Notes: a model not told the origin generated them from the letters alone. Shown: positions 33,518 to 44,056, numbered from the stretch's first letter. The stretch is 64,000 nt of DNA from Campylobacterales bacterium (GCA_038329855.1 JBBQNL010000001.1:562-64561); one strand, 5' to 3'. Program-made: numbers and translations.

Positions 33518-34159
33518 ATGATAAAAAGCTTAGCAATTTTAATAACATTTGGGCTGGTTGGGGCCGTGTGGGCGTCTGAGCCGGTGACGGTTCAGGTGAT
33601 TAGCGCTGTATATGAAAAATCAATAACGCAAGAATTTGATGCAAGGCTGAAAAAAACAGGGTTGGATATTCATAAAAAAGTTGAGAATGGACGTTATATT
33701 GTTACCCTTGGGACGTTTAAAGATGCACAAAGTGCTCAAAATGCTCTAAAAAAAGCACAAGCTTTGGTTGTCAAAGATGCCTTTGTTCGTCCAGTTAATC
33801 GTCATTTGGTTGTTGAACGTGCTAAAGTTGAACCTGTTAAAAAAGTTGAGACCGACGTTCATCACGCCAAGGCAACAGCGGAACACAATGTGACCGTTCA
33901 GGTGACGGCTGTGGCTGGGACGACTTCTGCTGTGGCCGCTCCGACTGTGAGAACTCCTACCGTCATTGTAGCAGCACCGGTTACGCCAACAGCACTTACA
34001 GTCGCGGTGGTACCAACAACTGCAAGTGCTCCATCCAAGACATTGGCTGTATCCGATTGCGACCGAAGAGAGATGCACAAAGATGAGATGGCAGAAGCCA
34101 TCCAATATTATAGAAATTCACCGTATCACCGGTTTGAACCGGTTTTATTGCAGCGATAA
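33518..34159 (+). CDS. SPOR-domain periplasmic protein with Ala/Thr/Val/Pro-rich linker
   Basis: Signal peptide; VQV, YIVTLGTF..A..A and DAFV motifs. Confidence 0.8.
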   Translation: MIKSLAILITFGLVGAVWASEPVTVQVISAVYEKSITQEFDARLKKTGLDIHKKVENGRYIVTLGTFKDAQSAQNALKKAQALVVKDAFVRPVNRHLVVERAKVEPVKKVETDVHHAKATAEHNVTVQVTAVAGTTSAVAAPTVRTPTVIVAAPVTPTALTVAVVPTTASAPSKTLAVSDCDRREMHKDEMAEAIQYYRNSPYHRFEPVLLQR

Positions 34160-34582
34160 TCAAAACTTTTGGTTGAGTACATCGTAAAGGCAGTCCAGAT
34201 CAATGCGGTGCATTTTTTTTACCTCTGCGTGAAGTGACTCAAAAAGTTCCGCGCTGTTCTCACCGTTGACCGGATAACAAACGGCCGATGAGTGGATCGT
34301 CGTTGCAAATACCTCATCGAACATCCGTTTAACAATTCCCGTCCCGTATCGATCCGTATAGGGCATAACGAAAAAGTAGTATTGCTCATAATGGACAATC
34401 GAATCGGACGTTCGCAGAAGTGTTGTGAGATTGTCATCTATCACATTTTTTGCCATACCGGTAAAATCACAAAAAAGAATCGTAAAACTTTCTGACCGAT
34501 TTTCATCCAATCTGCTTGCAATCCCGATATTCAGATCAATCAACGCCGTGAAGTTATCAAATGAAAATGTAACGCCTGCCAT
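34160..34582 (-). CDS. stand-alone degenerate GGDEF-like protein
   Basis: FTILFCD, LRTSD, FFVMPYTD, S.VCYP..G...ELF pattern without the GGDEF motif. Confidence 0.6.
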   Translation of the reverse strand: MAGVTFSFDNFTALIDLNIGIASRLDENRSESFTILFCDFTGMAKNVIDDNLTTLLRTSDSIVHYEQYYFFVMPYTDRYGTGIVKRMFDEVFATTIHSSAVCYPVNGENSAELFESLHAEVKKMHRIDLDCLYDVLNQKF

Positions 34583-34647
34583 TACCGCCCCTTATAAATC
34601 ATTGCCAAGTAGTATAGCATAAACTCTCAAGATCATTTTTACGTTTC

Positions 34648-35337
34648 CTACAAGGGGAGGGCTATAAAATAGGCTAATCCATAGTAAATGCTATAGAGCC
34701 CATAGATTGCAATGGCAATGGCTGCGAGTCGGTTCATGCTCTGACGAAAAGCGATTTCGCGCATAAAACTCACCGATTGCCCAAGGGCCAGAAGAGTGGG
34801 GACGGTTGCAAGACCAAATGCCGCCATGATCAGTCCCCCCTCAAAAATGGAAGCAGAAGAGGCCGCTTTGGCCGCAAAGAAAAAGACAAAACCGCAAGGA
34901 AAAAAACCGTTCATCATCCCAAGGGCAAAAAAGCTTTTGATGCTTTTGCTTTTGATAAGACGTGAAAAAAGCAGTTTAAAGAGTTTGAAGTTTGCAAAAG
35001 AGTGTTCGAGCAGATGCAACAGTTTTGAAAGCCCCAGCATGCTTAACGCAGTGACAATCATCAGTGTTCCTGCCAATATAAACAATGCTCCGCGCATTTC
35101 CATCGTTACACTAAAAAGGGCCCCGATACCGCCGAAAATCATCCCCAGCATAATATAAGAACTGACGCGCCCGATATTGTAGGCACTGTGACGGATGAGT
35201 TGAGCGGGACGGCTCATAGAGGCATCTATTTTTGTCGAACTGTAGGCTACGATAAACCCGCCGCACATTCCGATGCAGTGACCGAAGCTTCCGGCAAAAG
35301 CGATCGATATGATAACCCACCAATCCATACTGCTCAT
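34648..35337 (-). CDS. TauE/SafE / DsbD_2 family membrane protein
   Basis: HCIGMCG, YNIGR..SY, GFFPCG and FGLAT.P motifs. Confidence 0.9.
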   Translation of the reverse strand: MSSMDWWVIISIAFAGSFGHCIGMCGGFIVAYSSTKIDASMSRPAQLIRHSAYNIGRVSSYIMLGMIFGGIGALFSVTMEMRGALFILAGTLMIVTALSMLGLSKLLHLLEHSFANFKLFKLLFSRLIKSKSIKSFFALGMMNGFFPCGFVFFFAAKAASSASIFEGGLIMAAFGLATVPTLLALGQSVSFMREIAFRQSMNRLAAIAIAIYGLYSIYYGLAYFIALPL

Positions 35338-35363
35338 TACAAATCCTTTTAAAAGTTATTAGT

Positions 35364-35430
35364 ATGATAAATAATATTTGTTACAAATGTGTTAAGTCTT
35401 AACACTTTATTAACACTACTGTGCAACAAT
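35364..35430. promoter_or_regulatory. divergent TTAAC direct-repeat boxes
   Basis: Plus: TTAACACT at 35399 and 35410, weak -10 at 35425. Minus: TTAAC(35395), GTAAC(35384), -10 TATCAT(35369). Confidence 0.68.
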
Positions 35431-35456
35431 AGCACAAAATAACCAAAAGGTAAAAA

Positions 35457-35726
35457 ATGAAAAAAGTCCTCCTTTCCATATTGGCTATGATATCCATTGC
35501 AAGCGCAGACCAGTTGGTCAATCTAAAAATCGACGGAATGACGTGTTCTATGTGCATTAATGATATAAAAGGTTCCCTTGGTCAAGTCAAAGGGGTGACG
35601 CAAAGCAGCGTCTATCTCAAAGAAGGACGTGCTGAGGTTAAAGCGCAAAATGATGCAAAACCGGAAGCGATGTGTGATGCGGTAAAAAAGTTGGGTTATG
35701 GATGTACGGTAACGAAAACGAAGTAA
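35457..35726 (+). CDS. periplasmic heavy-metal-associated (HMA/MerP-like) protein
   Basis: Signal peptide, GMTCSMC and LGY motifs. Confidence 0.9.
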   Translation: MKKVLLSILAMISIASADQLVNLKIDGMTCSMCINDIKGSLGQVKGVTQSSVYLKEGRAEVKAQNDAKPEAMCDAVKKLGYGCTVTKTK

Positions 35727-35727
35727 A

Positions 35728-35788
35728 TGGGCTTACTGCCGAAGTAAACCTACTATTAACGTAGCCAATCGGGACTTGTTGCGATGGC
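35728..35788 (-). repeat. composite hairpin / GTAG-REP element, copy 2
   Basis: Reverse complement GGCTACGTTAATAGTAGGTTTACTTCGGCAGTAAGCCC. Confidence 0.75.
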
Positions 35789-35790
35789 GT

Positions 35791-36765
35791 TTATATGAAA
35801 TATTTCGTTGCATGCTGGCGACTTAGATCAGAAACCGTAGTAATCGTCTCGTTCCCAACATCAAGTACTTGTTCTCCGCTAAAGTCTGGTTTGCAATACG
35901 CTAAAACGAGTTTAGCCGCCAATAGCTTATCCTCTTGGGTTGCATTCTTGGAAAGCAGCGAGTGAGGTCCGAACAGTTCGGTATTGATATGAATAAATTT
36001 TGGATTTTCGATCTCTTCGAGTTTGGTATTTTCATCTTGATCGCGTCCGATAATCAGTTTGGCTCCATCGGGAAGACGCAGTTGACGGCCATATTTCAGC
36101 GTTGGGATATCGGCTTTGATAAAGGCTTCGTCGTGCGCTAAAACATCACGAATCTTTCGTGAAAAATGCTCATCGGTAAGTAAGCACCCGCCGCCAGGTC
36201 TCTCAAAATCGACAAGCCCAAACTCTTGAACGAGTTCCATTTGGCGATCACGTGATCGTCCCACGATCTCCTCAAGTTTTTCACGGTCTACCCAGCCATT
36301 GATCTCAGGGATTGTGGGCTCGAGCAGTTTTGCGCTCATGGGACGCAACAATAGTCCCTCGCAATCGCTAAGCTGAAGTACCTTTTGGAGTGATTCTCCA
36401 TTTTGACTCATGGGGCGTTGACCCAGTACTTCACCGCTTATGAGAAAACTCGCCCCCTCTTCTTCCATAAGGCGTTTTGCTACCTCGAACATTTTGGCAT
36501 GGCAGTCGATACACGGGTTAAAATGTTTGCCATAGCCGTGTTTTGGGGTAAACAGTACTTTTTCCAAATATTCATCTTGGATGTCGACAATTCGAAGTTT
36601 CGCCCCTACTTGGTCGCACATATTTTGCATGTGAGCCCGGCGGTCTTTAACCGAACCAAATCCGGTGCTGATGTTGCAGGCGACGACTTCGATCCCTTGG
36701 TTGATGATGAGTTTCATGGCGAGAGTCGAATCCAAACCGCCGCTAAATAAAGCAATTGCTTTCAT
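35791..36765 (-). CDS. PP-loop tRNA sulfurtransferase-like protein (ThiI/MnmA-related)
   Basis: SGGLDS, NPCIDCH, GEVLGQRPMSQ and GGCLLT motifs. Confidence 0.82.
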   Translation of the reverse strand: MKAIALFSGGLDSTLAMKLIINQGIEVVACNISTGFGSVKDRRAHMQNMCDQVGAKLRIVDIQDEYLEKVLFTPKHGYGKHFNPCIDCHAKMFEVAKRLMEEEGASFLISGEVLGQRPMSQNGESLQKVLQLSDCEGLLLRPMSAKLLEPTIPEINGWVDREKLEEIVGRSRDRQMELVQEFGLVDFERPGGGCLLTDEHFSRKIRDVLAHDEAFIKADIPTLKYGRQLRLPDGAKLIIGRDQDENTKLEEIENPKFIHINTELFGPHSLLSKNATQEDKLLAAKLVLAYCKPDFSGEQVLDVGNETITTVSDLSRQHATKYFI

Positions 36766-36796
36766 TATTTTAAATTCCTTCGTAATTTTAATACAC

Positions 36797-36853
36797 CCTC
36801 AGAATGCATTCCGAGGCTTACGCTAACGCTTGGTTTACTTTAGCAGTAGGCTC
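36797..36853 (+). repeat. composite hairpin / GTAG-REP element, copy 3
   Basis: CCTCAGAATGCATTCCGAGGCTTACGCTAACGCTTGGTTTACTTTAGCAGTAGGCTC. Confidence 0.72.
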
Positions 36854-36888
36854 AAAATCGCTTGCGATTTTTCCATTCACTCGAAATA

Positions 36889-38529
36889 TTATCCCAGCGG
36901 TACTAATTCCCCACGCTTGAGCCGTGTAATTTTATCCCGAATCTGACGGATTAAATAGGACTTTTGATCGAATGATATCGAATTTTCACTGGCAATTTTT
37001 TTGAGTTCACGATTGTAGTAGTGTGTTAAGAAAGTGATAAGTTCCGCTCGGATTCCCTCATCCCCTTCAAAAATACGAATCCGATCGTCCATTAAAATGG
37101 CACTCAACCGCGGATCGTCATCTTTATTGATAGCTGCATGAAGTTCATTCCCGTGATATTGCAAGAGAGAAGGATCGATAAAGTCCAGCAGCGAGTCGAT
37201 GAGGTTAGGGCGTTCAAGGAGCGTTTTGACAAAGCTTAACTCCCAAATATCGTGATGGGAAAAATTCAACGGGGCCGTCGCAGTCGACGAGGGTTGACTT
37301 AGCCGTACGAGTGCGGGGGAGATTCCCAAGCGTGAGGCGGTAAAGGCGCGGTACTCTTCTTGCATCAACGGCGAAAGAGTTTTGAGGTAGCCTATGCTTT
37401 CGTTGAGCGCCCCTTCCTTGGCTTTTGGATCCCCTAGATTATAGGCCGAGATCATTTCGGTGAGGACAAATTCGATAAAGGGTATAGGTCGGTGCAGCAG
37501 GGCATTAAGCTCTTCGATACGCCCATTTCGTACCATGTCCGCAGGATCAAGCCCTCCCTCAAACAACACAACCCCGCCGTTAAAGCCGCCGGAACTTAGA
37601 AGTTTGGAGGCTTTGAGGGCGGCAGCACGTCCTGCTTTGTCTCCATCGTACGCCACGAGAACTTTGGGTTCTCCTTTACGAAGTGTAGGGAGATGTTCTG
37701 CTGTGAGCGCAGTTCCCAGCGTTGCAACGGCGTGGGTAAATCCCGCTTGGTGAAGCATGACAACGTCCAAATATCCTTCGGTGACGATAATCTCACCTCT
37801 TTTGTAAATACTGTCACGTGCAAGATGATACGCGTAGAGAAGGCGTGATTTGTTGAAAATGGCACTTTGGGAGGAGTTGACGTATTTGGCTTGATGCCCT
37901 GTGATGGTACGCCCTCCAAAACCGACGATGGCACCGCTGTGGGAATGGATCGGAAAAATAATACGTTCGATAAATCGGGCAAAAAGTTTCCCTTCCTCTC
38001 CCCGTCCGATCGCCCCTTGTTCAATGGACTCTTGGGGATTAAAGTGATGCTGTTCTAAAAAGCGAAGCGTTTGAGAAGAGGGCGGTGCGTATCCGATACC
38101 GAATTTTTCGATACTCGATGCAAATACCCCCCGATCGTGAAGATACGAAGATGCAGGAGAATTATCGCCCAAAAGCTTTTGATACCATCCGCTGAGCGTT
38201 TCAAGCAAATTTGATCGTTCTTTTCTCTCATTGTTATCGGTGTAGTGAAGGGTGAAGTTGGCGGAAGAGGCGAGTTTTTCGATGGCTTCGGGGTAGCTTA
38301 GTTTTTCATATTCCATCGTAAACGAGATGGCATCCCCGTCAACGCCGCATCCAAAACAGTGGTAGCGCTGACGTTGGGCATTCACCATAAAGCTCGCCGA
38401 TTTTTCATCGTGAAAGGGACAGGGCGCTTTGAAATTGGCGCCTGAACGTTTGAGCTCCACATACGACCCTACTATATCAACAATGTCAAGACGGGCCTTA
38501 AGAGCCTCGATGGAATCAGCGGTTATCAT
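36889..38529 (-). CDS. dnaG: DNA primase (probably leaderless)
   Basis: CPFH..C..C zinc ribbon, FGGR, KYVNS, EGYLDV and DGDKAG motifs. Confidence 0.98.
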   Translation of the reverse strand: MITADSIEALKARLDIVDIVGSYVELKRSGANFKAPCPFHDEKSASFMVNAQRQRYHCFGCGVDGDAISFTMEYEKLSYPEAIEKLASSANFTLHYTDNNERKERSNLLETLSGWYQKLLGDNSPASSYLHDRGVFASSIEKFGIGYAPPSSQTLRFLEQHHFNPQESIEQGAIGRGEEGKLFARFIERIIFPIHSHSGAIVGFGGRTITGHQAKYVNSSQSAIFNKSRLLYAYHLARDSIYKRGEIIVTEGYLDVVMLHQAGFTHAVATLGTALTAEHLPTLRKGEPKVLVAYDGDKAGRAAALKASKLLSSGGFNGGVVLFEGGLDPADMVRNGRIEELNALLHRPIPFIEFVLTEMISAYNLGDPKAKEGALNESIGYLKTLSPLMQEEYRAFTASRLGISPALVRLSQPSSTATAPLNFSHHDIWELSFVKTLLERPNLIDSLLDFIDPSLLQYHGNELHAAINKDDDPRLSAILMDDRIRIFEGDEGIRAELITFLTHYYNRELKKIASENSISFDQKSYLIRQIRDKITRLKRGELVPLG

Positions 38530-38577
38530 AACGCTATTTTAGCTAAAAGAGATAAGGATTAAGATCTCTTTTGTGGA

Positions 38578-39882
38578 TTAAAACGAGTCTCGCGAGAATG
38601 AAAAACCAAACAATACTTTTGTCACCGAGCGATCATAATCGATCAAGCTTTCTCCGTATCCGCTAAAGAGTTTCACATACCAGAATGTATTTTCTGAATT
38701 TAAAAAGGGATAAGACCAGTGGGCATCAATAGCGCCTCTGTTTCTCCCCCCTGACCCAAAGTTATAACGAAAAAGCGAACCAATCTCATGGTCTCCGTAC
38801 AGATATTTGAACTTGATATCACCGTATCCAAGATAGTTTTGGATGTCAGGATTGTCATCTCCTGCATGATCTGGCTCATAATTCCCCGTAGATGGATTCA
38901 CTAAGCCATCATAATAGCCGTCGTATTTTTTCTTTTCGGGAACTTTGAGCCACGCCCTCGTGGAAAGGAAAAGATTGTCCCACTGCCATAAACCGGCTAA
39001 ATAAAGACGATTCCAAGAGCGGGAACGGTAACCGTCTTGAGAATTTGATTCATGGATAAAACCAAATTTTGCTAATTTTAGACCGAATGTTTCAGGGATA
39101 GATCCAGGGAGAGGAACACCCATAAAGAGTTCCGGTGAGAAGTTTGTTTCACGAAATGGAGCTGAATCGCTATAGATCTGCCACCACACTTTTTGGGTGT
39201 ACGCAAAATTGATATATTCATTCCATCCGAAAAGATTATAGGTGAGCATCTTAGTTAAACTGATTTGGAACTCTGCTTCGATGTTTTGATCATAATAGCT
39301 TTGTTGCTCAGGCGTAATATAAGTGCTTGACGATCTTCGGGTATATTTATGGGTCGAATACCCAAACGGTAAAATATAGTTGGTTTCATAGGGACTGAGC
39401 CCGAAGGAGTCATCACTGCCTAAAATAGAACCCAATAGTTTATTGGTTTCGGGTGTGTTGGTATCCATTTTTCGCAAAATAAAGGCATTACCCTCTTTAT
39501 TGGTCTCCGGATTCATCTGATCACCCAGACTCTCAACAAACGATTTTTTTGCTTTTACCGTTTCATTTTCCATTACCAGCGTATAACTGTATTCCGAGGC
39601 GGCCTGTTGAAACCAAAAGGCCGCTTTTTGGTAATCTGTCTTGACTCCGAGCCCATTTTTATACATATGCGCCAGCCGATAGATAGAGGGCTTGAGCCCT
39701 TTTATCGCTTCCTCTTCCAAGAGAGGAAGTGCTTTTTCATACTGCTTTTCGTTGAAATATTTTTCACTGCTGACATTATTATCTACCTCATGATCGTTCG
39801 CCATCACCAATGAGGGGCTGGAGATACAGATGAGGAGCAGTATGAAACTGTTAAGGCAACCAGTTATGCTGTTTTTTTGCAT
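38578..39882 (-). CDS. pldA: outer membrane phospholipase A with an N-terminal Sel1-like repeat
   Basis: FQIS, SAPFRETN, HESN...SRSWNR, GYGESLIDY; N-terminal LAHMYKNGLGVKTDYQKAAFWFQQAA. Confidence 0.9.
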   Translation of the reverse strand: MQKNSITGCLNSFILLLICISSPSLVMANDHEVDNNVSSEKYFNEKQYEKALPLLEEEAIKGLKPSIYRLAHMYKNGLGVKTDYQKAAFWFQQAASEYSYTLVMENETVKAKKSFVESLGDQMNPETNKEGNAFILRKMDTNTPETNKLLGSILGSDDSFGLSPYETNYILPFGYSTHKYTRRSSSTYITPEQQSYYDQNIEAEFQISLTKMLTYNLFGWNEYINFAYTQKVWWQIYSDSAPFRETNFSPELFMGVPLPGSIPETFGLKLAKFGFIHESNSQDGYRSRSWNRLYLAGLWQWDNLFLSTRAWLKVPEKKKYDGYYDGLVNPSTGNYEPDHAGDDNPDIQNYLGYGDIKFKYLYGDHEIGSLFRYNFGSGGRNRGAIDAHWSYPFLNSENTFWYVKLFSGYGESLIDYDRSVTKVLFGFSFSRDSF

Positions 39883-40060
39883 TTGCGATCACCATCCATG
39901 TGCCAAGCCTTTTTGTATTCTGATTCATCATACACTACTCTCCCCTCCGATGGGGTTAAAAATCCTCTTTATCGAAACACTAACGGCACGATTAGTAAAA
40001 TAAGTATATCTGCGCTATAATGGCAGTTCGAAAATTTTAAATAGAAAGTAGGTGATGTGA

Positions 40061-40273
40061 ATGCCTGGTATTATCTTACGCCAAGATGATAATTTTGACG
40101 CTGCTTACCGACGTTTCAAGAAACAAACAGATCGTAATCTTGTTGTTACTGAAGCTCGTGCGCGCCGTAACCATATAACGGAAACGGAAAAACGCAAACA
40201 GTTCAAAATCAGCGCTCGCAAGAAGATGTTAAAACGTCTCTATATGATGCGACGTTACGAATCTCGCCTGTAA
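40061..40273 (+). CDS. rpsU: 30S ribosomal protein S21
   Basis: MPGI...[11 protein letters not shown]...YESRL. Confidence 0.96.
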   Translation: MPGIILRQDDNFDAAYRRFKKQTDRNLVVTEARARRNHITETEKRKQFKISARKKMLKRLYMMRRYESRL

Positions 40274-40277
40274 TTTC

Positions 40278-40295
40278 AGAGTGCTTCGGCACTTT
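40278..40295 (+). terminator. rpsU terminator
   Basis: AGAGTGC-TTCG-GCACTTT. Confidence 0.65.
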
Positions 40296-40397
40296 GGTTA
40301 CCCCTTCAAATTTCCTCCACAATTTCTCCTCTGTAACAAAACCTTTACTAACCCTATGCTAAACTTACTGTAAACATTTCTGCACAAGGCTATACTT

Positions 40398-41561
40398 ATG
40401 CTCTTTAGCGCTCCTCTTAAAAATAATTCCAAAAAAATCATGCTGTTGGGTTCAGGCGAACTCGGAAAAGAAGTGGCGATTGAAGCGCAGCGGCTAGGGA
40501 TCGAAGTGGTTGCCGTGGATCGTTATGAACATGCTCCCGCACATCTCGTGGCAAACCGCTCCTACGTCATTGATATGCAAGATCGCCAAAAAGTACTGGA
40601 AATTATCCGCCTTGAAAAACCGGATTATATTTTGCCTGAAATCGAAGCAATCAGCATTGACGCCCTTTTCGATGCCGAAGCAGAAGGTTTTTGCGTTATT
40701 CCCAATGCCGAAGCGGTCAATAAAACGATGAATCGCAAAAACATCCGTCGCTTCGCAGCCGAGGAGTTAGGGCTTAAAACAAGCGGTTATCATTTTGTGA
40801 GTACCTATGAGGATATGTGCGCCGCAGCTGAAGACGTAGGGTTCCCCTGTGTTATCAAGCCTGTTATGAGCAGTTCAGGTCATGGGCAAAGTATCGCTCG
40901 AAGCCCTTTTGATCTGGAAAGCTCGTGGGAAATTGCCAAAGAGGCACGAGGAGATGCAAGCGAGCTGATCGTCGAAGAGTTCATCCGTTTTGATTATGAG
41001 ATTACCTTGTTGACCGCTCGCAATGGAACCGAAACGGTATTTTGTGAGCCAATCGGGCACATCCAAAAAGACGGCGATTACATCTACAGCTGGCAGCCGA
41101 TGGAAATGTCCAAGAAAGCGCTGAAACGATCCAAAGAAATTGCACAAAGCATCACCGACGGATTGGGCGGACGCGGATTGTTTGGGGTTGAACTGTTTGT
41201 AAAGGGGGATGACGTCTATTTTAGTGAAGTAAGCCCCCGTCCACATGATACCGGGCTGGTCACCTTGATCACTCAAAGCCAAAGCGAATTCGCTTTACAC
41301 GTTCGAGCAGTCCTTGGATTACCGTTAGGATTTACCTTCTACGGTGAGGGGGCCAGTGCCGCGTTCAAATCGACCGTTGAATCACACGAGCCTGTTATTG
41401 ATGTGGATGATTCACTCTTTGACACTAACAGTTTTGTGCGCGTGTTTGGCAAGCCTGAATCTCATGTAGGACGACGCATGGCGGTCGTATTGGTATTTGA
41501 TAAAGTAAAAAAAGCGCTTACAAAAGTCGAAAAATTGATTGGAAAGATCAAAGACGCATGA
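40398..41561 (+). CDS. purT: formate-dependent phosphoribosylglycinamide formyltransferase
   Basis: [31 protein letters not shown] and RRMAV motifs. Confidence 0.96.
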   Translation: MLFSAPLKNNSKKIMLLGSGELGKEVAIEAQRLGIEVVAVDRYEHAPAHLVANRSYVIDMQDRQKVLEIIRLEKPDYILPEIEAISIDALFDAEAEGFCVIPNAEAVNKTMNRKNIRRFAAEELGLKTSGYHFVSTYEDMCAAAEDVGFPCVIKPVMSSSGHGQSIARSPFDLESSWEIAKEARGDASELIVEEFIRFDYEITLLTARNGTETVFCEPIGHIQKDGDYIYSWQPMEMSKKALKRSKEIAQSITDGLGGRGLFGVELFVKGDDVYFSEVSPRPHDTGLVTLITQSQSEFALHVRAVLGLPLGFTFYGEGASAAFKSTVESHEPVIDVDDSLFDTNSFVRVFGKPESHVGRRMAVVLVFDKVKKALTKVEKLIGKIKDA

Positions 41562-42487
41562 GAATAGTATTACTCGATACGTTAACCTATGGTGATACCT
41601 CGTTAGAAGCTTTTGAAACGATGGGTGAGGTTACGGCATATTTGACTACATCTGCTGAAGAGACGGCTGGCCGTGTTCAGGATGCTGACATTATCGTGAC
41701 GAATAAAGTGGTTATCAATGATGCTATTATGGGAGAAGCTTTGAATCTCAAACTCATCTGTGTCGCCGCGACAGGGATGAATAACATCGATCATGCAGCA
41801 GCAGAGCGTCGTGGAATCACTGTCAAAAATGTCGCAGGATATTCAACCGATGCCGTGGTACAGCATACGTTTTCAATGCTTTTCTATTTGATGGGACATT
41901 CCCGTTATTACGATGAATACGTCAAAAGCGGCCAATGGCAAAAAGAAGCAGTATTTACCCATATCGGCCCTTCATTTAGCGAATTGCGCGGGAAAACGTG
42001 GGGGATTATCGGTTTGGGCGAGATCGGGCGCAGCGTGGCGAACATCGCAAAAGCCTTTGGTGCTGACGTCTGTTATTACTCCACTTCGGGGAAAAATGAG
42101 AACAGCGAATTTGAAAAAATAACCCTCAGCCGTTTGATCGAAAACAGCGATATTATTTCCATTCACGCACCGCTGAATGTCTCGACCGAAAACCTTATCT
42201 CCCATTCCGAACTGTTGCAGATGAAAGACGGTGCCGTATTGCTCAATCTTGGCCGTGGCGGAATCGTCGATGAGGATGCATTATCTGTTATCATTGACGT
42301 CAAACCCATTTATGTCGGTTTGGATGTGTTAGTCAAAGAACCGATGAAAACACCTCATCCCCTTTTGTCCGTCAAATATCCTGAACGACTCTATATCACT
42401 CCTCATATCGCGTGGACATCCGTGGAAGCACGCCAACGGCTTATTACGGCAACCGTTGAGAATATTAAAACATTCGTAACAGCGTAG
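41558..42487 (+). CDS. D-2-hydroxyacid dehydrogenase
   Basis: [14 protein letters not shown] and TPHIAW motifs. Confidence 0.92.
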   Translation: MRIVLLDTLTYGDTSLEAFETMGEVTAYLTTSAEETAGRVQDADIIVTNKVVINDAIMGEALNLKLICVAATGMNNIDHAAAERRGITVKNVAGYSTDAVVQHTFSMLFYLMGHSRYYDEYVKSGQWQKEAVFTHIGPSFSELRGKTWGIIGLGEIGRSVANIAKAFGADVCYYSTSGKNENSEFEKITLSRLIENSDIISIHAPLNVSTENLISHSELLQMKDGAVLLNLGRGGIVDEDALSVIIDVKPIYVGLDVLVKEPMKTPHPLLSVKYPERLYITPHIAWTSVEARQRLITATVENIKTFVTA

Positions 42488-43376
42488 GCAATACTAACGC
42501 TATTCCTAAAAACAGCACCGACGTCACGAATACCTGTACCGTGACGGTACGAGGTGAACAATTATAAAGCGAAGAAAGATTGACATTTGCCACCGCCAGC
42601 GGAACAATCAGTTCCAAAAATAAAATCCCTTTCACCGCAGGTTCCATCTCTACCATCCCTAACACGACAAATGCAATTGCGGGTATCAAAATAAATTTCG
42701 TTCCATTGACCCATGCAGTAAGACGTAGATTAATTTCTCCAAGCTTAATCCCGTAGAGATAAATTCCAAACAGTACCAATTGCATCGTCATAGACGCATA
42801 CGCTCCCATCATCAGCGTTTTATCAATCGCAGGGCTTGGGTGATACCCGATCAGATTTAGTAAAATAGCTACCATTGCCGCCCACAAAACCGGAAGTTTG
42901 AGGATATTGAGAAGGGATTCACGGATGCTAAACTCTCCGCGTGAATAATAAAAGACCCCGATGGTATAGACGACAAAGACATTGACAAGGTTAATAAGCG
43001 TCGTATATGGGATGCTCTCTTCCCCAAAGAGGGCAATACCCAGAGGAATTCCTAAATTGCCCGTATTACCGATGAGGGCTGCGACCGTAGCGATGGAACG
43101 TTCTTTTGGTTCGCTAAATAGCAATCGGGCTAACGGTATCATCAGTAACAGTGAAATAAGAGTGATCGCGAAATAAAGGGAGGGGGCGAAAAGTAACTCT
43201 GTATCGATGGGACGCTTGAGAAGACCCCAAAAAGTGAGAAAAATCTGCAAAAAATAGACACTGAGAAGGGTGATGGTCCGGTCATCAATTTTTTCTTTAA
43301 ACGTCCATTTGGCACCAAAACCGACGGCGATAAAGAGGTAAATACCAAATAGAGATAAGAGGGTTTCTGTGGTCAT
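42465..43376 (-). CDS. AEC family transporter
   Basis: Polytopic; GNTGNLGIP and P.AV motifs. Confidence 0.88.
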   Translation of the reverse strand: MTTETLLSLFGIYLFIAVGFGAKWTFKEKIDDRTITLLSVYFLQIFLTFWGLLKRPIDTELLFAPSLYFAITLISLLLMIPLARLLFSEPKERSIATVAALIGNTGNLGIPLGIALFGEESIPYTTLINLVNVFVVYTIGVFYYSRGEFSIRESLLNILKLPVLWAAMVAILLNLIGYHPSPAIDKTLMMGAYASMTMQLVLFGIYLYGIKLGEINLRLTAWVNGTKFILIPAIAFVVLGMVEMEPAVKGILFLELIVPLAVANVNLSSLYNCSPRTVTVQVFVTSVLFLGIALVLPTLLRMF

Positions 43377-43494
43377 ACAAATTCTTGTTTTGATAAGATT
43401 AGACGTGATTATAATGGTTGATGTCTCAATATCATATTTTTCTCATACTGTTTTGTCAAAATTCTTATCTATCTTATGCAAAGAGGTGATAAAC

Positions 43495-44034
43495 ATGAAA
43501 AAGATTGCATTGGCAGTAATGCTGGCAAGCGGTGTGATGGCGGCTGAAAACGGGTTTTATGTGGGTGCAGATGCTGGAAATACAAAGTATGATATGAAGG
43601 CCTCTGTTCTTGGGGTTAGTGTAGAAGAGAAAGATGATGGAGGGTCTCAAACGTTAAAAGTGGGCTACTATCTTGATAAAAACAATCGGACATCCGCTTT
43701 TTATCAAAACGTTAACGTTGATAATGGTGATGGAGCAATGTATGGAGTGGGTTATGACTATCTCATTGGAGATAATGCTTTTAAGCCATTCATCGGTGCT
43801 CTTGCAGGATATGGTTCTGCAAAAGATGATATTGGCGAAATTAAAATGAACGGTATTGTTTACGGAGCACAAGCCGGGGTTAACTATGCCTTTAATGAAA
43901 ATTTTTCGGTAGAAGCAGGGTATCGTTATCTAAAAGCAAATATGGATGATACTGTTATAGAGTCTGGACTGGAGGTAAAAGTAGAGATTGAAACTATCAG
44001 AAATTGGTTTGCCGGGGTCAACTACAAATTCTAA
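43495..44034 (+). CDS. small outer membrane beta-barrel protein
   Basis: GAGG RBS, signal peptide, EAGYRY, terminal GVNYKF. Confidence 0.88.
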   Translation: MKKIALAVMLASGVMAAENGFYVGADAGNTKYDMKASVLGVSVEEKDDGGSQTLKVGYYLDKNNRTSAFYQNVNVDNGDGAMYGVGYDYLIGDNAFKPFIGALAGYGSAKDDIGEIKMNGIVYGAQAGVNYAFNENFSVEAGYRYLKANMDDTVIESGLEVKVEIETIRNWFAGVNYKF

Positions 44035-44056
44035 TTTTATTTTTTGATTCTCCTTT

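Noticed and set aside
39145-39160. TGTTTCACG half parS in pldA
   Set aside because: Only one half-site, explained by the conserved FRETN coding motif.
43369-43494. Upstream extension of the beta-barrel ORF
   Set aside because: The signal peptide and RBS indicate a start at 43495.
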